Shown here: positions 1 through 9,558 of the stretch, piece after piece
Position numbering within the stretch: position 1 is the first letter of the stretch
How the letters are laid out: the number at the start of each line of letters is the position of its first letter
Source of the DNA: Myxococcales bacterium
GTDB lineage: Bacteria > Myxococcota_A > UBA9042
DNA: 64,000 nt
Assembly: GCA_023954815.1 (NCBI GenBank)
Contig: JAGSHB010000012.1
Span: forward strand, 982-64,981
Direction: 5' to 3'
The notes under the pieces: generated by a model
The model's input: only the letters and a program-made list of their open reading frames with translations
Told to the model about the DNA's origin: nothing
Databases searched by the model: none
Position numbers and translations under genes: made by a program

Positions 1-495
1 TACGTGAGCGGCCATCCAGAACTGGCCGATAATCAAAACCACAGCTAAGGAACGCAGACTGCTGATGTCCGTGACCAGTTGGCGCGCCATGATCACGGTC
101 AATGCCACGCCACCGAGGGCCATGGGCGTGTCAAACATCGGGAAGTCGCTCGCCAACTCCGATATCGCGACAAGCATGGTCGTCAGCAACAACGGTAAGG
201 CTAGCCAGCTATCCACGGCCCGCAGCTTGACGCCGCTGCCGACACGAAAAACACCGAGCCCAAGTAGCGCAATCAATCCGAGCTTGTAGGGCGTGAGCAT
301 CAAACCGCCGCCGCCAAGGGCCTTATTCCAGCCGCTGACGACCACCACTGCACCGAATGCGTAGATCGGACGCCGAATGGCGAGCCACAGGACTGGCGGG
401 CCGACCAGGGCGGCGGCGAGCAGCTTGGGCTGTCCGAAGGCGATGGCTGCCAAGCCACCGATGGCGAGCGCGATGGTGAGTAAGATAACGAGCAT
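1..495 (-). CDS. Polytopic membrane protein, 3'-truncated by the window edge (possibly O-antigen ligase/Wzy-like)
   Basis: Not in the ORF track; manual translation from ATG at 495 gives an open, highly hydrophobic frame (MLVILLTIALAIGGLAAIAFGQPKLLAAALVGPPVLWLAIRRP...) running off position 1. Confidence 0.6.
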   Translation of the reverse strand, partial: MLVILLTIALAIGGLAAIAFGQPKLLAAALVGPPVLWLAIRRPIYAFGAVVVVSGWNKALGGGGLMLTPYKLGLIALLGLGVFRVGSGVKLRAVDSWLALPLLLTTMLVAISELASDFPMFDTPMALGGVALTVIMARQLVTDISSLRSLAVVLIIGQFWMAAHV

Positions 496-551
496 GAATC
501 GTGTGGTGAAATGGTCCGCGAGGGTTCAGTTACCAAAGGGGAGTAAAACGA

Positions 552-2081
552 TCAATCATTCAATGAGGGTGCGCCGGCATAGGTCAGCGCGACAATCGTC
601 TCGACGTGCGCAGTCTGCGGAAAGTGATCGACAGGCGTCACCGAGTCGATGAGATAGCCGCCCGCCGTCAACTGGGCCAAATCTCGACCGAGCGCCGTCG
701 GATTGCAGCTCACATAGACCAGTCGATGAACCGCCAGCTGGATCAACTGAGCCGATGCTGTAGTGCCGAGCCCAGCGCGCGGCGGATCCACGACAACAGC
801 GTCAGCCACGCCGGCGACATCGAGCCCCTGGACCTTGAGCACTGTCGCCACATCTCCGCAATGGAACGTGATGTTCTCGATTTCGTTGCGCTGCGCATTG
901 GCCCGCGCGTTGTCTACCGCCTCTGGCGATAACTCGATTCCTGTGACCTTCCGTACACGCTGAGCCAAGCACAGCCCGATGGTGCCGGTGCCACAGTACA
1001 GATCCAGCACGTGCGCGCTGCCCTTCTGCTCGCCCAACGCCGCAAGCACGAGGCCATACAGCACCTCCGCCTGAAGTGTATTGGGCTGGAAAAAGGCGCG
1101 GGGATGAACTTCGAAGGCCAAGGGGCGACAGCCAGGCACATGTAGTTGCTCGCGGTAAAACGGCGTGCCGTGGAGCGGCGTGCTCGTCAGCTTGGTGCGT
1201 TCGCCGCGCCGAGCGCGGTGTACCGTCCACCAAAGCGAGCTGATGGTGATGCCCAACTCAGCCGCAGCGGCCAGCAAATCGGCCGAAAAGCGCTGAATCT
1301 CCTTGTCGGGCGTGGTCTGTCCGTCAGCGGTACTGACCTGCTCTCTATCGGCTGTGGTCACTTCGACGAGACGTTCCGCGGTCCGCTTACCTTCGCGGAT
1401 GGTCAGGGTTCGCAGCCAACCCGTATCGCGGCGCTGATCGTGGTGTTGCAGACCGCGCTCCTGGCGAATGCGGCGGGCCGCAGCGACGAGGTCCATCGCT
1501 TCTTTGGAGGCGAGTCTGCAGTCGTACAGATCCATCACCTCGTAGCGGAACCCCGCCGGGTGCATGCCGAGGGTCTCCTTGCGCTCGTCATCGTCACCGA
1601 AGCTAAACTCCATTTTGTTGCGGTAATACCAGGCGGTAGGAGCCTTCACGGTGTCGGCTATGAGCCCTTCGTCCACCGCTGACAACGCACGCGCCACCAT
1701 GCTGCGCTTGAGGGTGAGTTGAGAGGGGTAGTTCAGCGCCTGCAGGCTACAGCCACCGCAGCCGCGTCCCTGTCGATCGTAAGGACCGAAATGGGCGCAC
1801 GTCGGCGCGATTCGATCGTCGGACGGTCGCAACAGCGCGGTCAATTGGCCGTCGATCTTGCCCCGGCGCGGCTTTCCTACCGTGGTCTGTACGCGGTCGC
1901 CAATCACGGTCGTACGGATGGCGACGACATAGTCTCGCGGCAGCCGTTGCGGCCCCACCAAGAGCGATAAATGCCCGGTACCACGGCCCTTGTCATCGAC
2001 GCCCGTGATCTCAATGTCGAACTGCTCACCCCAGCGGGGAGCGTGTGGCCAAGCCATCCGGTCTGTCATAAAAATCACCAA
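552..2081 (-). CDS. rlmD: 23S rRNA (uracil-C5)-methyltransferase RlmD/TrmA family
   Basis: TRAM-like N-terminus, CAHFG...GCGGC Fe-S motif, YRNKMEFSF, AFFQPN, DLYCGTGTIG SAM motif, DPPRAG, YVSCNP, DHFPQTAHVE. Confidence 0.93.
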   Translation of the reverse strand: MVIFMTDRMAWPHAPRWGEQFDIEITGVDDKGRGTGHLSLLVGPQRLPRDYVVAIRTTVIGDRVQTTVGKPRRGKIDGQLTALLRPSDDRIAPTCAHFGPYDRQGRGCGGCSLQALNYPSQLTLKRSMVARALSAVDEGLIADTVKAPTAWYYRNKMEFSFGDDDERKETLGMHPAGFRYEVMDLYDCRLASKEAMDLVAAARRIRQERGLQHHDQRRDTGWLRTLTIREGKRTAERLVEVTTADREQVSTADGQTTPDKEIQRFSADLLAAAAELGITISSLWWTVHRARRGERTKLTSTPLHGTPFYREQLHVPGCRPLAFEVHPRAFFQPNTLQAEVLYGLVLAALGEQKGSAHVLDLYCGTGTIGLCLAQRVRKVTGIELSPEAVDNARANAQRNEIENITFHCGDVATVLKVQGLDVAGVADAVVVDPPRAGLGTTASAQLIQLAVHRLVYVSCNPTALGRDLAQLTAGGYLIDSVTPVDHFPQTAHVETIVALTYAGAPSLND

Positions 2082-2200
2082 CCTGGGGTACGTTCGACCT
2101 GCGACGGAGCCCTATGTGCATCCCCACAGGACGTCTGGCGAGCGAGAGTGCGCGTCTAGGGGAAGGCAAGCAAGGACCAAGGCTCCGGGTCGGGCTGGGA

Positions 2201-3442
2201 TCAATCGTCAGTCGAGGGCTCGATCAGGCAAAACCGTTCTTCATCGAGACCGTAGGGACCCACGCGCAGTTCGATGACGGTATGGAGTGGGATCTCAAGG
2301 TGCGGACACTCATGGCGTTCAACGCCCTTAAAGTAGCCGTAGAGCAGCCGAATCACCGCTTGGTGAGCGACAACCAATACCGGCTGTCGTTGCCGCTCAA
2401 TCTCCACCAAAACCGGCTCAAGGCGACCGATCACATCGACGTAACTTTCGCCAGACGGGTAGCGGTATCGCAGCTTATCTGCCTGTCTTGCGGCGAATTC
2501 GTCGGGAAACGTCGTTCGGATCTCGTCGTACGTCATGCCATCGCAAATCCCGGCGTCGATCTCATTGAGCAGGCGCCACGCCACTGTGCGCATGGTGCCC
2601 GCCGTCTGTCGGGTTCGCTTGAGCGTGGACGTAAACACGACTGGCGTTCGCCCTTTACCTACACGCAGTCGCACAAACTCCGCCAATGCCGCCGGATAGC
2701 GCCGCCCGCTCTCGCTGAGCACCGCATCTCCGCCGATCTGTCCACTCACGTTGAACTCACTTTCCCCGTGGCGGGTCAGCCATACTGGGCGCCCCTCCAG
2801 ATGTGTGTTCATCAAAAAGAAGAGGATCTTACTGGGCAGATAGCCGCTGACGCCCTCGACCTCGATACGCCGCCCCACATCGATGAACTTCACGTAACTC
2901 GTCTCTCCATCTCCCAACGGTTCATAGGCGCGCTCATAATGGGCGACACGTTTGCTAAAATCGGCCACGGCTTCATCTACCGGCACGCCTGCATAGTCGG
3001 GACTACGGAGCTTCGTCTGGCGAATGTTGGCAAGGACGAGGGCGGGATCTTCACAGATGGATTCGATGAACAGCATGTGCAGCCCCGCCTGACTCAAGCG
3101 CTCGCGGATTCGCGACCGACGACGCTTGGTCGTATTGGTGGCGTCGTAAATTCCGACCGCGCCGCCGGCATGCATCCACTGAATCAAGTCCTCCAGGGCC
3201 GCGTCGGCCATGGCCTCTCGCTGGCGTAGACCCTCTGCGTTGTCGGGCGCAAAGAACGACTCGCGGTGATGAGCCCCTAGTCGTGCCCGGCGATAGGCGC
3301 CGACGTTGAAGACCCGCGTGGTCCAGCCCAACCAGCGCAAAAATCGCCCAATTTTGCTAGCGACATAGCTTTTTCCCCGTGCCGGCAGGCCGACGAGCAC
3401 AACGACGAGTTGTTCGCCGTCAGGTCTGGAGGGGTCGGTCAT
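2201..3442 (-). CDS. Bifunctional 6-phosphofructo-2-kinase/fructose-2,6-bisphosphatase (PFKFB-like)
   Basis: Kinase motifs VGLPARGKS, FNVGAYRR, DATNTT, FIESICED, SPDY; histidine phosphatase motifs RHGESEFN, LNEIDAG, RYPSGESYxD, HQAVIR. Confidence 0.92.
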   Translation of the reverse strand: MTDPSRPDGEQLVVVLVGLPARGKSYVASKIGRFLRWLGWTTRVFNVGAYRRARLGAHHRESFFAPDNAEGLRQREAMADAALEDLIQWMHAGGAVGIYDATNTTKRRRSRIRERLSQAGLHMLFIESICEDPALVLANIRQTKLRSPDYAGVPVDEAVADFSKRVAHYERAYEPLGDGETSYVKFIDVGRRIEVEGVSGYLPSKILFFLMNTHLEGRPVWLTRHGESEFNVSGQIGGDAVLSESGRRYPAALAEFVRLRVGKGRTPVVFTSTLKRTRQTAGTMRTVAWRLLNEIDAGICDGMTYDEIRTTFPDEFAARQADKLRYRYPSGESYVDVIGRLEPVLVEIERQRQPVLVVAHQAVIRLLYGYFKGVERHECPHLEIPLHTVIELRVGPYGLDEERFCLIEPSTDD

Positions 3443-3573
3443 CTCGGATCTCCTGCGAGGACGATTGTCGTCTGAAATTCAAGGCAGACGGGCGCCGAGC
3501 TTGCCACGTTCGGTGCACCATGCCACAACGCGACCCCGTCAATGGACGAATGATTCTCGGATTGGAGAGCGCG

Positions 3574-4491
3574 ATGAGTGGCCCTGGACGTAACGACCCC
3601 TGCTGGTGTGGTAGCGGTCGCAAGTACAAGAAATGTCACCTTTCAAGCGATGACGCTGGCACGACCCAACCTACATTTGGTCGGGCCAGCTCCGCGTCGA
3701 AGGCGAACGCACACCTGATCTTGGATGCAGCCGCGCGTGACAAGATGCGGGCCGCCTGCAGCTTCAACGCGGAGCTGATGGATTTCATCCGACCGTACGT
3801 GCAGCCCGGTGTGCAGACCGAAAAGCTCGATCAACTGGTGCACGAATACACCCTCGATCATGGCCACACACCGGCCACGTTGGGGTATCACGGCTTCCCC
3901 AAGAGTTGCTGCACCAGCATCAACCACGTGGTTTGTCATGGCATCCCCGGCGCCCAGGTGCTGGAGGACGGCGACATCGTCAATGTGGACCTGACGACGA
4001 TCGTCGACGGTTGGTTCGGCGATCAGAGTGAGACGGTGCTCGTCGGCACCGTGGCCCCAGAGACGCGCAAGCTGGTGACCGAGACGATGGAGTGTATGTA
4101 CAAGGGTATCGACGCCATCGTGCCCGGCGGCCGCATCATCGACATCGGCCGGGCCATTCAGAGTCATGCCCACGCCAGCGGCTATTCGGTGGTTCGCGAC
4201 TACCAAGGCCACGGCATCGGACGCAGCTTCCACCAAGACCCTGGTGTACCGCACTTTCCCGACTACGAGATGGGCCAGTTCATTGTCGAGCCAGGGATGT
4301 GCTTCACCATCGAGCCGATGATCAACCTCGGCACCTACCGGACGGCCCTCGATCCCAAGGACGGATGGACGGTGCGCACAGCAGACGGAAAGCTGTCGGC
4401 GCAGTTCGAGCATACGATTTTGATGACGGAATCCGGACCAGAGATCCTCACGCTGACCACCAATGGGCCACAGCGCGGGTTTCGTTTCTAA
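3574..4491 (+). CDS. map: Type I methionine aminopeptidase with N-terminal SEC-C zinc motif
   Basis: GRNDPCWCGSGRKYKKCH; FPKSCCTSINHVVCHGIP, GHGIG, FTIEPMIN, SAQFEHT; ATG 3574 follows GGAGAG. Confidence 0.95.
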   Translation: MSGPGRNDPCWCGSGRKYKKCHLSSDDAGTTQPTFGRASSASKANAHLILDAAARDKMRAACSFNAELMDFIRPYVQPGVQTEKLDQLVHEYTLDHGHTPATLGYHGFPKSCCTSINHVVCHGIPGAQVLEDGDIVNVDLTTIVDGWFGDQSETVLVGTVAPETRKLVTETMECMYKGIDAIVPGGRIIDIGRAIQSHAHASGYSVVRDYQGHGIGRSFHQDPGVPHFPDYEMGQFIVEPGMCFTIEPMINLGTYRTALDPKDGWTVRTADGKLSAQFEHTILMTESGPEILTLTTNGPQRGFRF

Positions 4492-4498
4492 TTCCGCC

Positions 4499-5353
4499 CT
4501 ACCAGCCAGCGTAACCAGGAATCTCAGGCACGGACGAGAGCAGTTTCCCGCGAGGATGATCGCGCAGGAAATCCTTTTCCCAATGCGGGGTGAAGTCGTT
4601 GACGATGAGCCCGACGCGCGCACCCATCGCCAGGGGAAGGGCGAGATCCAGCTCGAAGATATCCCCGACCACCATCAACTCCGACCAATCCGCACCAGCC
4701 TCGTTGAGCAGCGCTTGTAGGCAGTCGGCATAGAGACGCCGACGCAGGAGCACAGGACGCCCCAGGCCCGGGAGCGCCATCGACTCGGGGACTTCGGTCC
4801 AATCCGGGTCGAGTACGTATTTCTGCGCCGAACCGTGCACGCGATCGATCAACCACTGCAGAGGATTGTTCGCCTCGGCCTCACCGCCGAGGACGCGAAT
4901 CTTGTTCTGCACGGCGTCGGTGTGACTGTTAGTGACCACGTGGACGGGCTTGTCTTCCATCGACAGCAGGGTCTCCCGCGCACCCTCGCGGAAGGCAACC
5001 AGGGTCTTGCGATAGTTGTATTTGTAGAGCAGCCCCTCGAGGAGGCGGTTACGCTCCTCCTGCACGAGGAACGCGCCCGCTTCGTCGAAGATATGACGGG
5101 CGATCGGCATGATGCGCAGGTAGGGATCGACTGTCGCCGGAGCGACGATATGCCCGCCGAAGACCCAGCCATGCTCCTGCGGGTTGGCCTGCACCTCGGC
5201 TTCGAACGCGTCTGCAAGTCGGGTGACCTCGGCCAACTCCAACCCGGACAACAGGGCCACATCCTCTAGGCAGCCCTGATGATAGGGCGCGCCCTCCGCT
5301 TCCGCGTCGGTGACGGTGCCGTCGAAGTCTAAAACGAGTAGTCGAGTGGTCAT
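4499..5353 (-). CDS. HAD-superfamily hydrolase
   Basis: Motif I LDFDGTV, motif II VVTNS, motif IV VGDIFELD; AAGGAG RBS upstream. Confidence 0.85.
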   Translation of the reverse strand: MTTRLLVLDFDGTVTDAEAEGAPYHQGCLEDVALLSGLELAEVTRLADAFEAEVQANPQEHGWVFGGHIVAPATVDPYLRIMPIARHIFDEAGAFLVQEERNRLLEGLLYKYNYRKTLVAFREGARETLLSMEDKPVHVVTNSHTDAVQNKIRVLGGEAEANNPLQWLIDRVHGSAQKYVLDPDWTEVPESMALPGLGRPVLLRRRLYADCLQALLNEAGADWSELMVVGDIFELDLALPLAMGARVGLIVNDFTPHWEKDFLRDHPRGKLLSSVPEIPGYAGW

Positions 5354-5423
5354 GAGATCTCCTCCTTAGCGGAGCATGCCTGCACATGCGCCCCTGGCAT
5401 AGGGGGAAAACACCAGAATTCAC

Positions 5424-5494
5424 GATCATCTCTGGCGATCGATTATGGATCAGATGTATGATCAATTTTGGATCACTATCGTGATATGCTGATC
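5424..5494. promoter_or_regulatory. AT-rich divergent promoter region with six GATC sites, mostly 11-13 bp apart
   Basis: GATC starts at 5424, 5437, 5448, 5460, 5471 and 5491, between the divergent HAD and regulator genes. Confidence 0.5.
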
Positions 5495-5629
5495 AATAAT
5501 CGTTCACACTAGGGAAGTCGTGGTTGCGCAGTATCACACCGGAGCGCGACGGTGCCCAACATGTAAAAGTCCTCTCCATTCGATTTGTGCGCGCCCCACT
5601 GGCACTCCCCCCCCCCTCTCGGAGCCTCC

Positions 5630-7234
5630 ATGTCGCTTTCGCAAGGTCCAGGCGACGGAAATCCGCCCGATGACCAACGGCCGCCGGGACAACTCTCGGC
5701 CAGCGATGCCCTCCTGTTTTCCTTGGGAGAGGCGGTCATCACCGAGATTTCGACGGGTGAGTTGCTGCGTCGCGTCGTGGATGTGCTCACTGAGTCCCTC
5801 GCTGCCGACCGCGGCACGATCTACGTATTCGACGAAAAGAAAGATGAACTTCGCTCCGTAGCGGCCCACCTACCAGAGCTACCCACGATTCGCGTCCCGA
5901 TTGGTCAGGGCGTCGCCGGCTTCGTGGCGCGCAGTCGACAACTGGTCAATATCGACCATGCCAATCGAGACCAACGCTTCTGGAACAACATCGACAAGCG
6001 CACCGGCTACGTCACGCGTTGCATGCTGGCGGCTCCTATCCAGCACAGAGACGGGACCCTGCTCGGTGTCCTACAGCTGCTCAACAAGCGCAACGGCACC
6101 TTTACCGGCGAGGATGAGGACACGCTCCGACTCTTGTCAGAACAGCTCGCGCAGCTGCTGGAAAAGAGTACGGTCACGGCGACCCTTAAGCGAAGCGCCC
6201 TTCCTGAGCTGAGCACCGGTAGCCGCAAATCCAAACGAGGAAAACTGTCGACCCCAGAAGTCGATGTGGCCGGCGGGTTCAACCACATTATCGGTGCTGG
6301 CGCTCAGATCCAGAACGTCTTTCGCAGCATTCGGCGCGTCGCGCCTACCGATGCCACCGTGCTCGTCACCGGCGATTCGGGTACGGGTAAGGGGCGTGTT
6401 GCGCGGGCGCTCCACCACAACTCACTGCGTGCGGACGGCACGTTCGTCCATGTTGACTGCGCGTCTTTGCCCGAAGGCGTCATGGAGCGCGAGCTTTTTG
6501 GCGCAGAACTGCGCTCAGACTCCAAGCCGCCAACGATCAAGCCTGGTCGGGTCGAGTTGGCTGATGGCGGTACCCTCCTGCTCGATGAGGTGGCCGATTT
6601 ACCCCTGTCGGCGCAGGGAAAATTGCTGGGTCTGCTCCAACACAAGACGTTCACGCGGGTGCGTGGCTCTACGACGTTGTCGGCTAATATTCGGGTGATT
6701 GCGACTACGAATCGCGACCTGCCGCGGCTCGTGAGCGATGGCCGGTTTCGCGAGGACCTCTACTATCGCCTGCGCGTCGTTCAGATCGAACTCCCGCCGC
6801 TGCGTAAACGCGGAATCCGTGACTTGCGGTTGCTGGTCGACCACTTCCTGGCCAATGCAGCGCGTCGCCATCGCCGGACAGCGCCTCAGATCAACGCTGA
6901 GGCGATGCGATGTCTCGTCAACTATTCCTGGCCCGGCAATGTTCGCGAGTTGGAAAACTGTATTGAATCAGCCGTGATTTTAGCCGACGAGGTCATCTAC
7001 GCGCACAATCTCCCGCTTCCTCGCAGCGCCAACCCCCACGCCGGTGCCGATGGTGGCGATCTGGGCAGGCAGGGTGATCTATTCGCACAACAACCCACCA
7101 TGAGCGAGCTTGAAGCGCGTTACATCAGCTACCTGCTGAGTCGTCACAAGGGTAATCGCTCGGCCATCGCCGGCGTGTTGGGCATCGGTCGCAACACCTT
7201 GCTTCGAAAGATTCGAGGCTACGGTCTGGAGTAG
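5630..7234 (+). CDS. GAF + AAA+ (sigma54-interaction type) + Fis-HTH transcriptional regulator, lacking GAFTGA
   Basis: GAF (GQGVAGFVA...GYVTRCMLAAPI...GVLQLLNK), Walker A GDSGTGK, LLLDEV, FREDLYYRL, WPGNVRELEN, C-terminal HTH LGIGRNTL. Confidence 0.9.
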   Translation: MSLSQGPGDGNPPDDQRPPGQLSASDALLFSLGEAVITEISTGELLRRVVDVLTESLAADRGTIYVFDEKKDELRSVAAHLPELPTIRVPIGQGVAGFVARSRQLVNIDHANRDQRFWNNIDKRTGYVTRCMLAAPIQHRDGTLLGVLQLLNKRNGTFTGEDEDTLRLLSEQLAQLLEKSTVTATLKRSALPELSTGSRKSKRGKLSTPEVDVAGGFNHIIGAGAQIQNVFRSIRRVAPTDATVLVTGDSGTGKGRVARALHHNSLRADGTFVHVDCASLPEGVMERELFGAELRSDSKPPTIKPGRVELADGGTLLLDEVADLPLSAQGKLLGLLQHKTFTRVRGSTTLSANIRVIATTNRDLPRLVSDGRFREDLYYRLRVVQIELPPLRKRGIRDLRLLVDHFLANAARRHRRTAPQINAEAMRCLVNYSWPGNVRELENCIESAVILADEVIYAHNLPLPRSANPHAGADGGDLGRQGDLFAQQPTMSELEARYISYLLSRHKGNRSAIAGVLGIGRNTLLRKIRGYGLE

Positions 7235-8085
7235 TGTGTAGAGCAGTCCTTTGATACCGCTTTCGGCGCCGCCCCTGCAACCGGGTCTGCTGCGTTGAGT
7301 TCGGCCAATGCACCGCGCACCCACGCCTCCGCCTGCTGACGCAGAACTTCGCCATTGTCGCCACGAAGCACGGGCCCCCATGCGGCATGTACGCGCACGC
7401 GCGTGCGTCGGAAAAGACCCAGAAAATGGGGCAAAAAGCTGTCATCACCGACGTAGGGCGCGGCCGTATCAGGATAGTGGAGGGCGACCGGCTGCACGGC
7501 GAGATTTGCCTGAACCGCTGCGTGGAAGATGCCGGGTCGAAAGGGGAGGCACCCAGGTTCAGCCGATGTCGTACCTTCAGGAAAGAGCGCGGCTCGGCCA
7601 CCGGCTAAAGCACGCTGGGTCAAGGCGTCACGTGCTGCGCTACGGCTGTCTTTGTCATCCCGGACGACAAATAGCGTGCCTCCTGCGCGAACGGCCCAGC
7701 CAATCAGCGGCCAATGCGCCACTTCCGCTTTGGCGAGCAAGCCGCAGGGTCCGCCGTGCAGCAGCGCCAGCACATCGATATAGGAGCGATGATTCGCTAC
7801 GACAATGTTGCTATGGTGAGCCATCTGACCGTGATGTACGATCTCCAATGGCAAAGCGCCGACCACCGCCCGCGCCCAACGGGCGGCATGGCGCTCACCG
7901 ATGGTGGAATCGTCATGGCGCACCCGAGCGACCAGGGCCAAGACGCCATGACCGAGCGTCAACGCGCCAAACTGTGAGAGCGCCAGAAAGCCGCGCAGGC
8001 GGGTTGGCAGTCGCCTCACCAGGGAAGACAGCCGAGCGGACGAGCGCTTAGGTTTTGGGGTGGCGGAAAGGCTGGTCGTGTTCAT
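7219..8085 (-). CDS. Lysophospholipid acyltransferase (PlsC family)
   Basis: NHRSYID (HxxxxD) and FPEGT motifs; ATG 8085 preceded by GGAGGT. Confidence 0.9.
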   Translation of the reverse strand: MNTTSLSATPKPKRSSARLSSLVRRLPTRLRGFLALSQFGALTLGHGVLALVARVRHDDSTIGERHAARWARAVVGALPLEIVHHGQMAHHSNIVVANHRSYIDVLALLHGGPCGLLAKAEVAHWPLIGWAVRAGGTLFVVRDDKDSRSAARDALTQRALAGGRAALFPEGTTSAEPGCLPFRPGIFHAAVQANLAVQPVALHYPDTAAPYVGDDSFLPHFLGLFRRTRVRVHAAWGPVLRGDNGEVLRQQAEAWVRGALAELNAADPVAGAAPKAVSKDCSTHYSRP

Positions 8086-8254
8086 CGCGGACCTCCATGT
8101 GTCCACGAGTTTCGCGTGCCCCTATGACTGCCAGGCGACCCTGAGTTGAAATTGGTATGACACCGACAGCCGGCTGCGCCGCAGACGAGCCGAATCGTGG
8201 CTTTCTACCCAGAACTTCGGGCATACCTCAGCATTTTCAGCCAATCGCGACCGG

Positions 8255-8869
8255 CTAGTCACTGATGCTTGGCGTGCGCACACATCGAACAAAGTGCGGT
8301 TCGGACTTGAGCGCGTGCCCGGTTCCTCCGTTTTCAAAGTCGACGCCAAAGGCTTCATGGGCTGCGTTCGGCGCGTAGAGCGTCCGTGTCCAGAATGGTT
8401 TGGCTGGGGTCTGGGGGAAGGCCAGCGTGTCGATGGACGGCGTCGTGGTGAGGCTCAACACAAGCGACTCCAGTTCGTCTTTGTGCGGCAACTTCCAGTC
8501 GTCGTACGCGCCCACCACCAAACTGTCACAGTAGTCGATGGCGTCCTGCCACTTGCGCTTGGTGCTGCTGACCTTGCGCTGCCACATGAGCCCTGTGGCG
8601 CTGTCGAAGACCGCATCGCCCCCATCCTCCCAAACGAAGGAGCCACTTCTCCTATCGCCATAGAGGCTGGAGATGGAGCCGTCGCCATTCGCCCCGCCAT
8701 CGCACCCCCCAGCACATTGCCCCGCCGCTTTTGCGCTGACGTCCTCGCCACATCCCGAGCCCCCGAGCCCACAGATGATGGCCAAACCCAACAACGTCGC
8801 CGTCGTCGCCGCGCGGCGGTGCGGGGTGAGCGTGCGTTGCGCCTTCCAAAGGCTCCATCCGATCGTCAT
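8255..8869 (-). CDS. DUF1566 (Lcl C-terminal) domain lipoprotein
   Basis: Lipobox-like GSGC; DSATGLMWQR...WQDAIDYC...DWKLP...EL...FW...VRCVR pattern. Confidence 0.85.
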   Translation of the reverse strand: MTIGWSLWKAQRTLTPHRRAATTATLLGLAIICGLGGSGCGEDVSAKAAGQCAGGCDGGANGDGSISSLYGDRRSGSFVWEDGGDAVFDSATGLMWQRKVSSTKRKWQDAIDYCDSLVVGAYDDWKLPHKDELESLVLSLTTTPSIDTLAFPQTPAKPFWTRTLYAPNAAHEAFGVDFENGGTGHALKSEPHFVRCVRTPSISD

Positions 8870-8995
8870 GCGTGTCTCCCAGCGCGTACAACATCACCCG
8901 CCTGTGCGACGAATTGGCGCGATCTACGAGACTAAAGGTACACTCCCGGGCCGCAACGCAAAGCCCCGTATTGTTAGGGCTGTCGGAGGAAGCAG

Positions 8996-9493
8996 GTGCA
9001 ACGTCAACTCATCGTCATGCGTCACGCAAAGAGTTCTTGGAAATCCAGTACGTTGTCCGATCACGACCGGCCGCTCAATGGCCGCGGGCGGCGGGATGCG
9101 CCGCGCATCGCGGAGGCGTTGGTCGCGCGTGATTGGTGGCCAGATGTGGTGATCAGCAGCGACTCCACCCGAACACGGGAGACGTGGGCGCTCATGGCGG
9201 CGGCAGCACATGGCGTCGAAGCGCCGGCCGTCTTTTTTAAGTCCAGCCTCTACCTCGCAGGGTTCAACGAGGTGCACGCCGAGGCGGCCGGGTGGCGCGA
9301 CGAATGGCGTCGCGTGTTGGTGCTCGGTCACAACCCGGGTTGGCAGCACCTGACCGGTCGACTTTCAGGCGTATTTGAGGAGATGACGACCGCCAATGCG
9401 GCGCTGCTCTCCGGCGCTGGTCGACAGTGGCGCAACGCACTGGAAGGCCCCTGGCAACTCGACGGGATCTTGCGCCCGCGCGAACTGGAGTGA
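8996..9493 (+). CDS. sixA: Phosphohistidine phosphatase SixA family
   Basis: LIVMRHAKS, DHDRPLN.RG, SS...RTRET, VLGHNPG. Confidence 0.9.
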   Translation: MQRQLIVMRHAKSSWKSSTLSDHDRPLNGRGRRDAPRIAEALVARDWWPDVVISSDSTRTRETWALMAAAAHGVEAPAVFFKSSLYLAGFNEVHAEAAGWRDEWRRVLVLGHNPGWQHLTGRLSGVFEEMTTANAALLSGAGRQWRNALEGPWQLDGILRPRELE

Positions 9494-9558
9494 GCCAACG
9501 CCATCCACGTAGGACATCGGCTGCGAGCCCGGAGATCCGACGTTTTAGGGAGACTGTG

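Noticed and set aside
5411-5505. GATC cluster as oriC
   Set aside because: No DnaA boxes there and no dnaA/gidA/parAB context
5600-5616. TGGCAC as a sigma54 -24 element and the C10 tract as a phase-variation switch
   Set aside because: No TTGC -12 element at the right spacing; the tract lies upstream of the likely ATG, and there is no evidence of length variation
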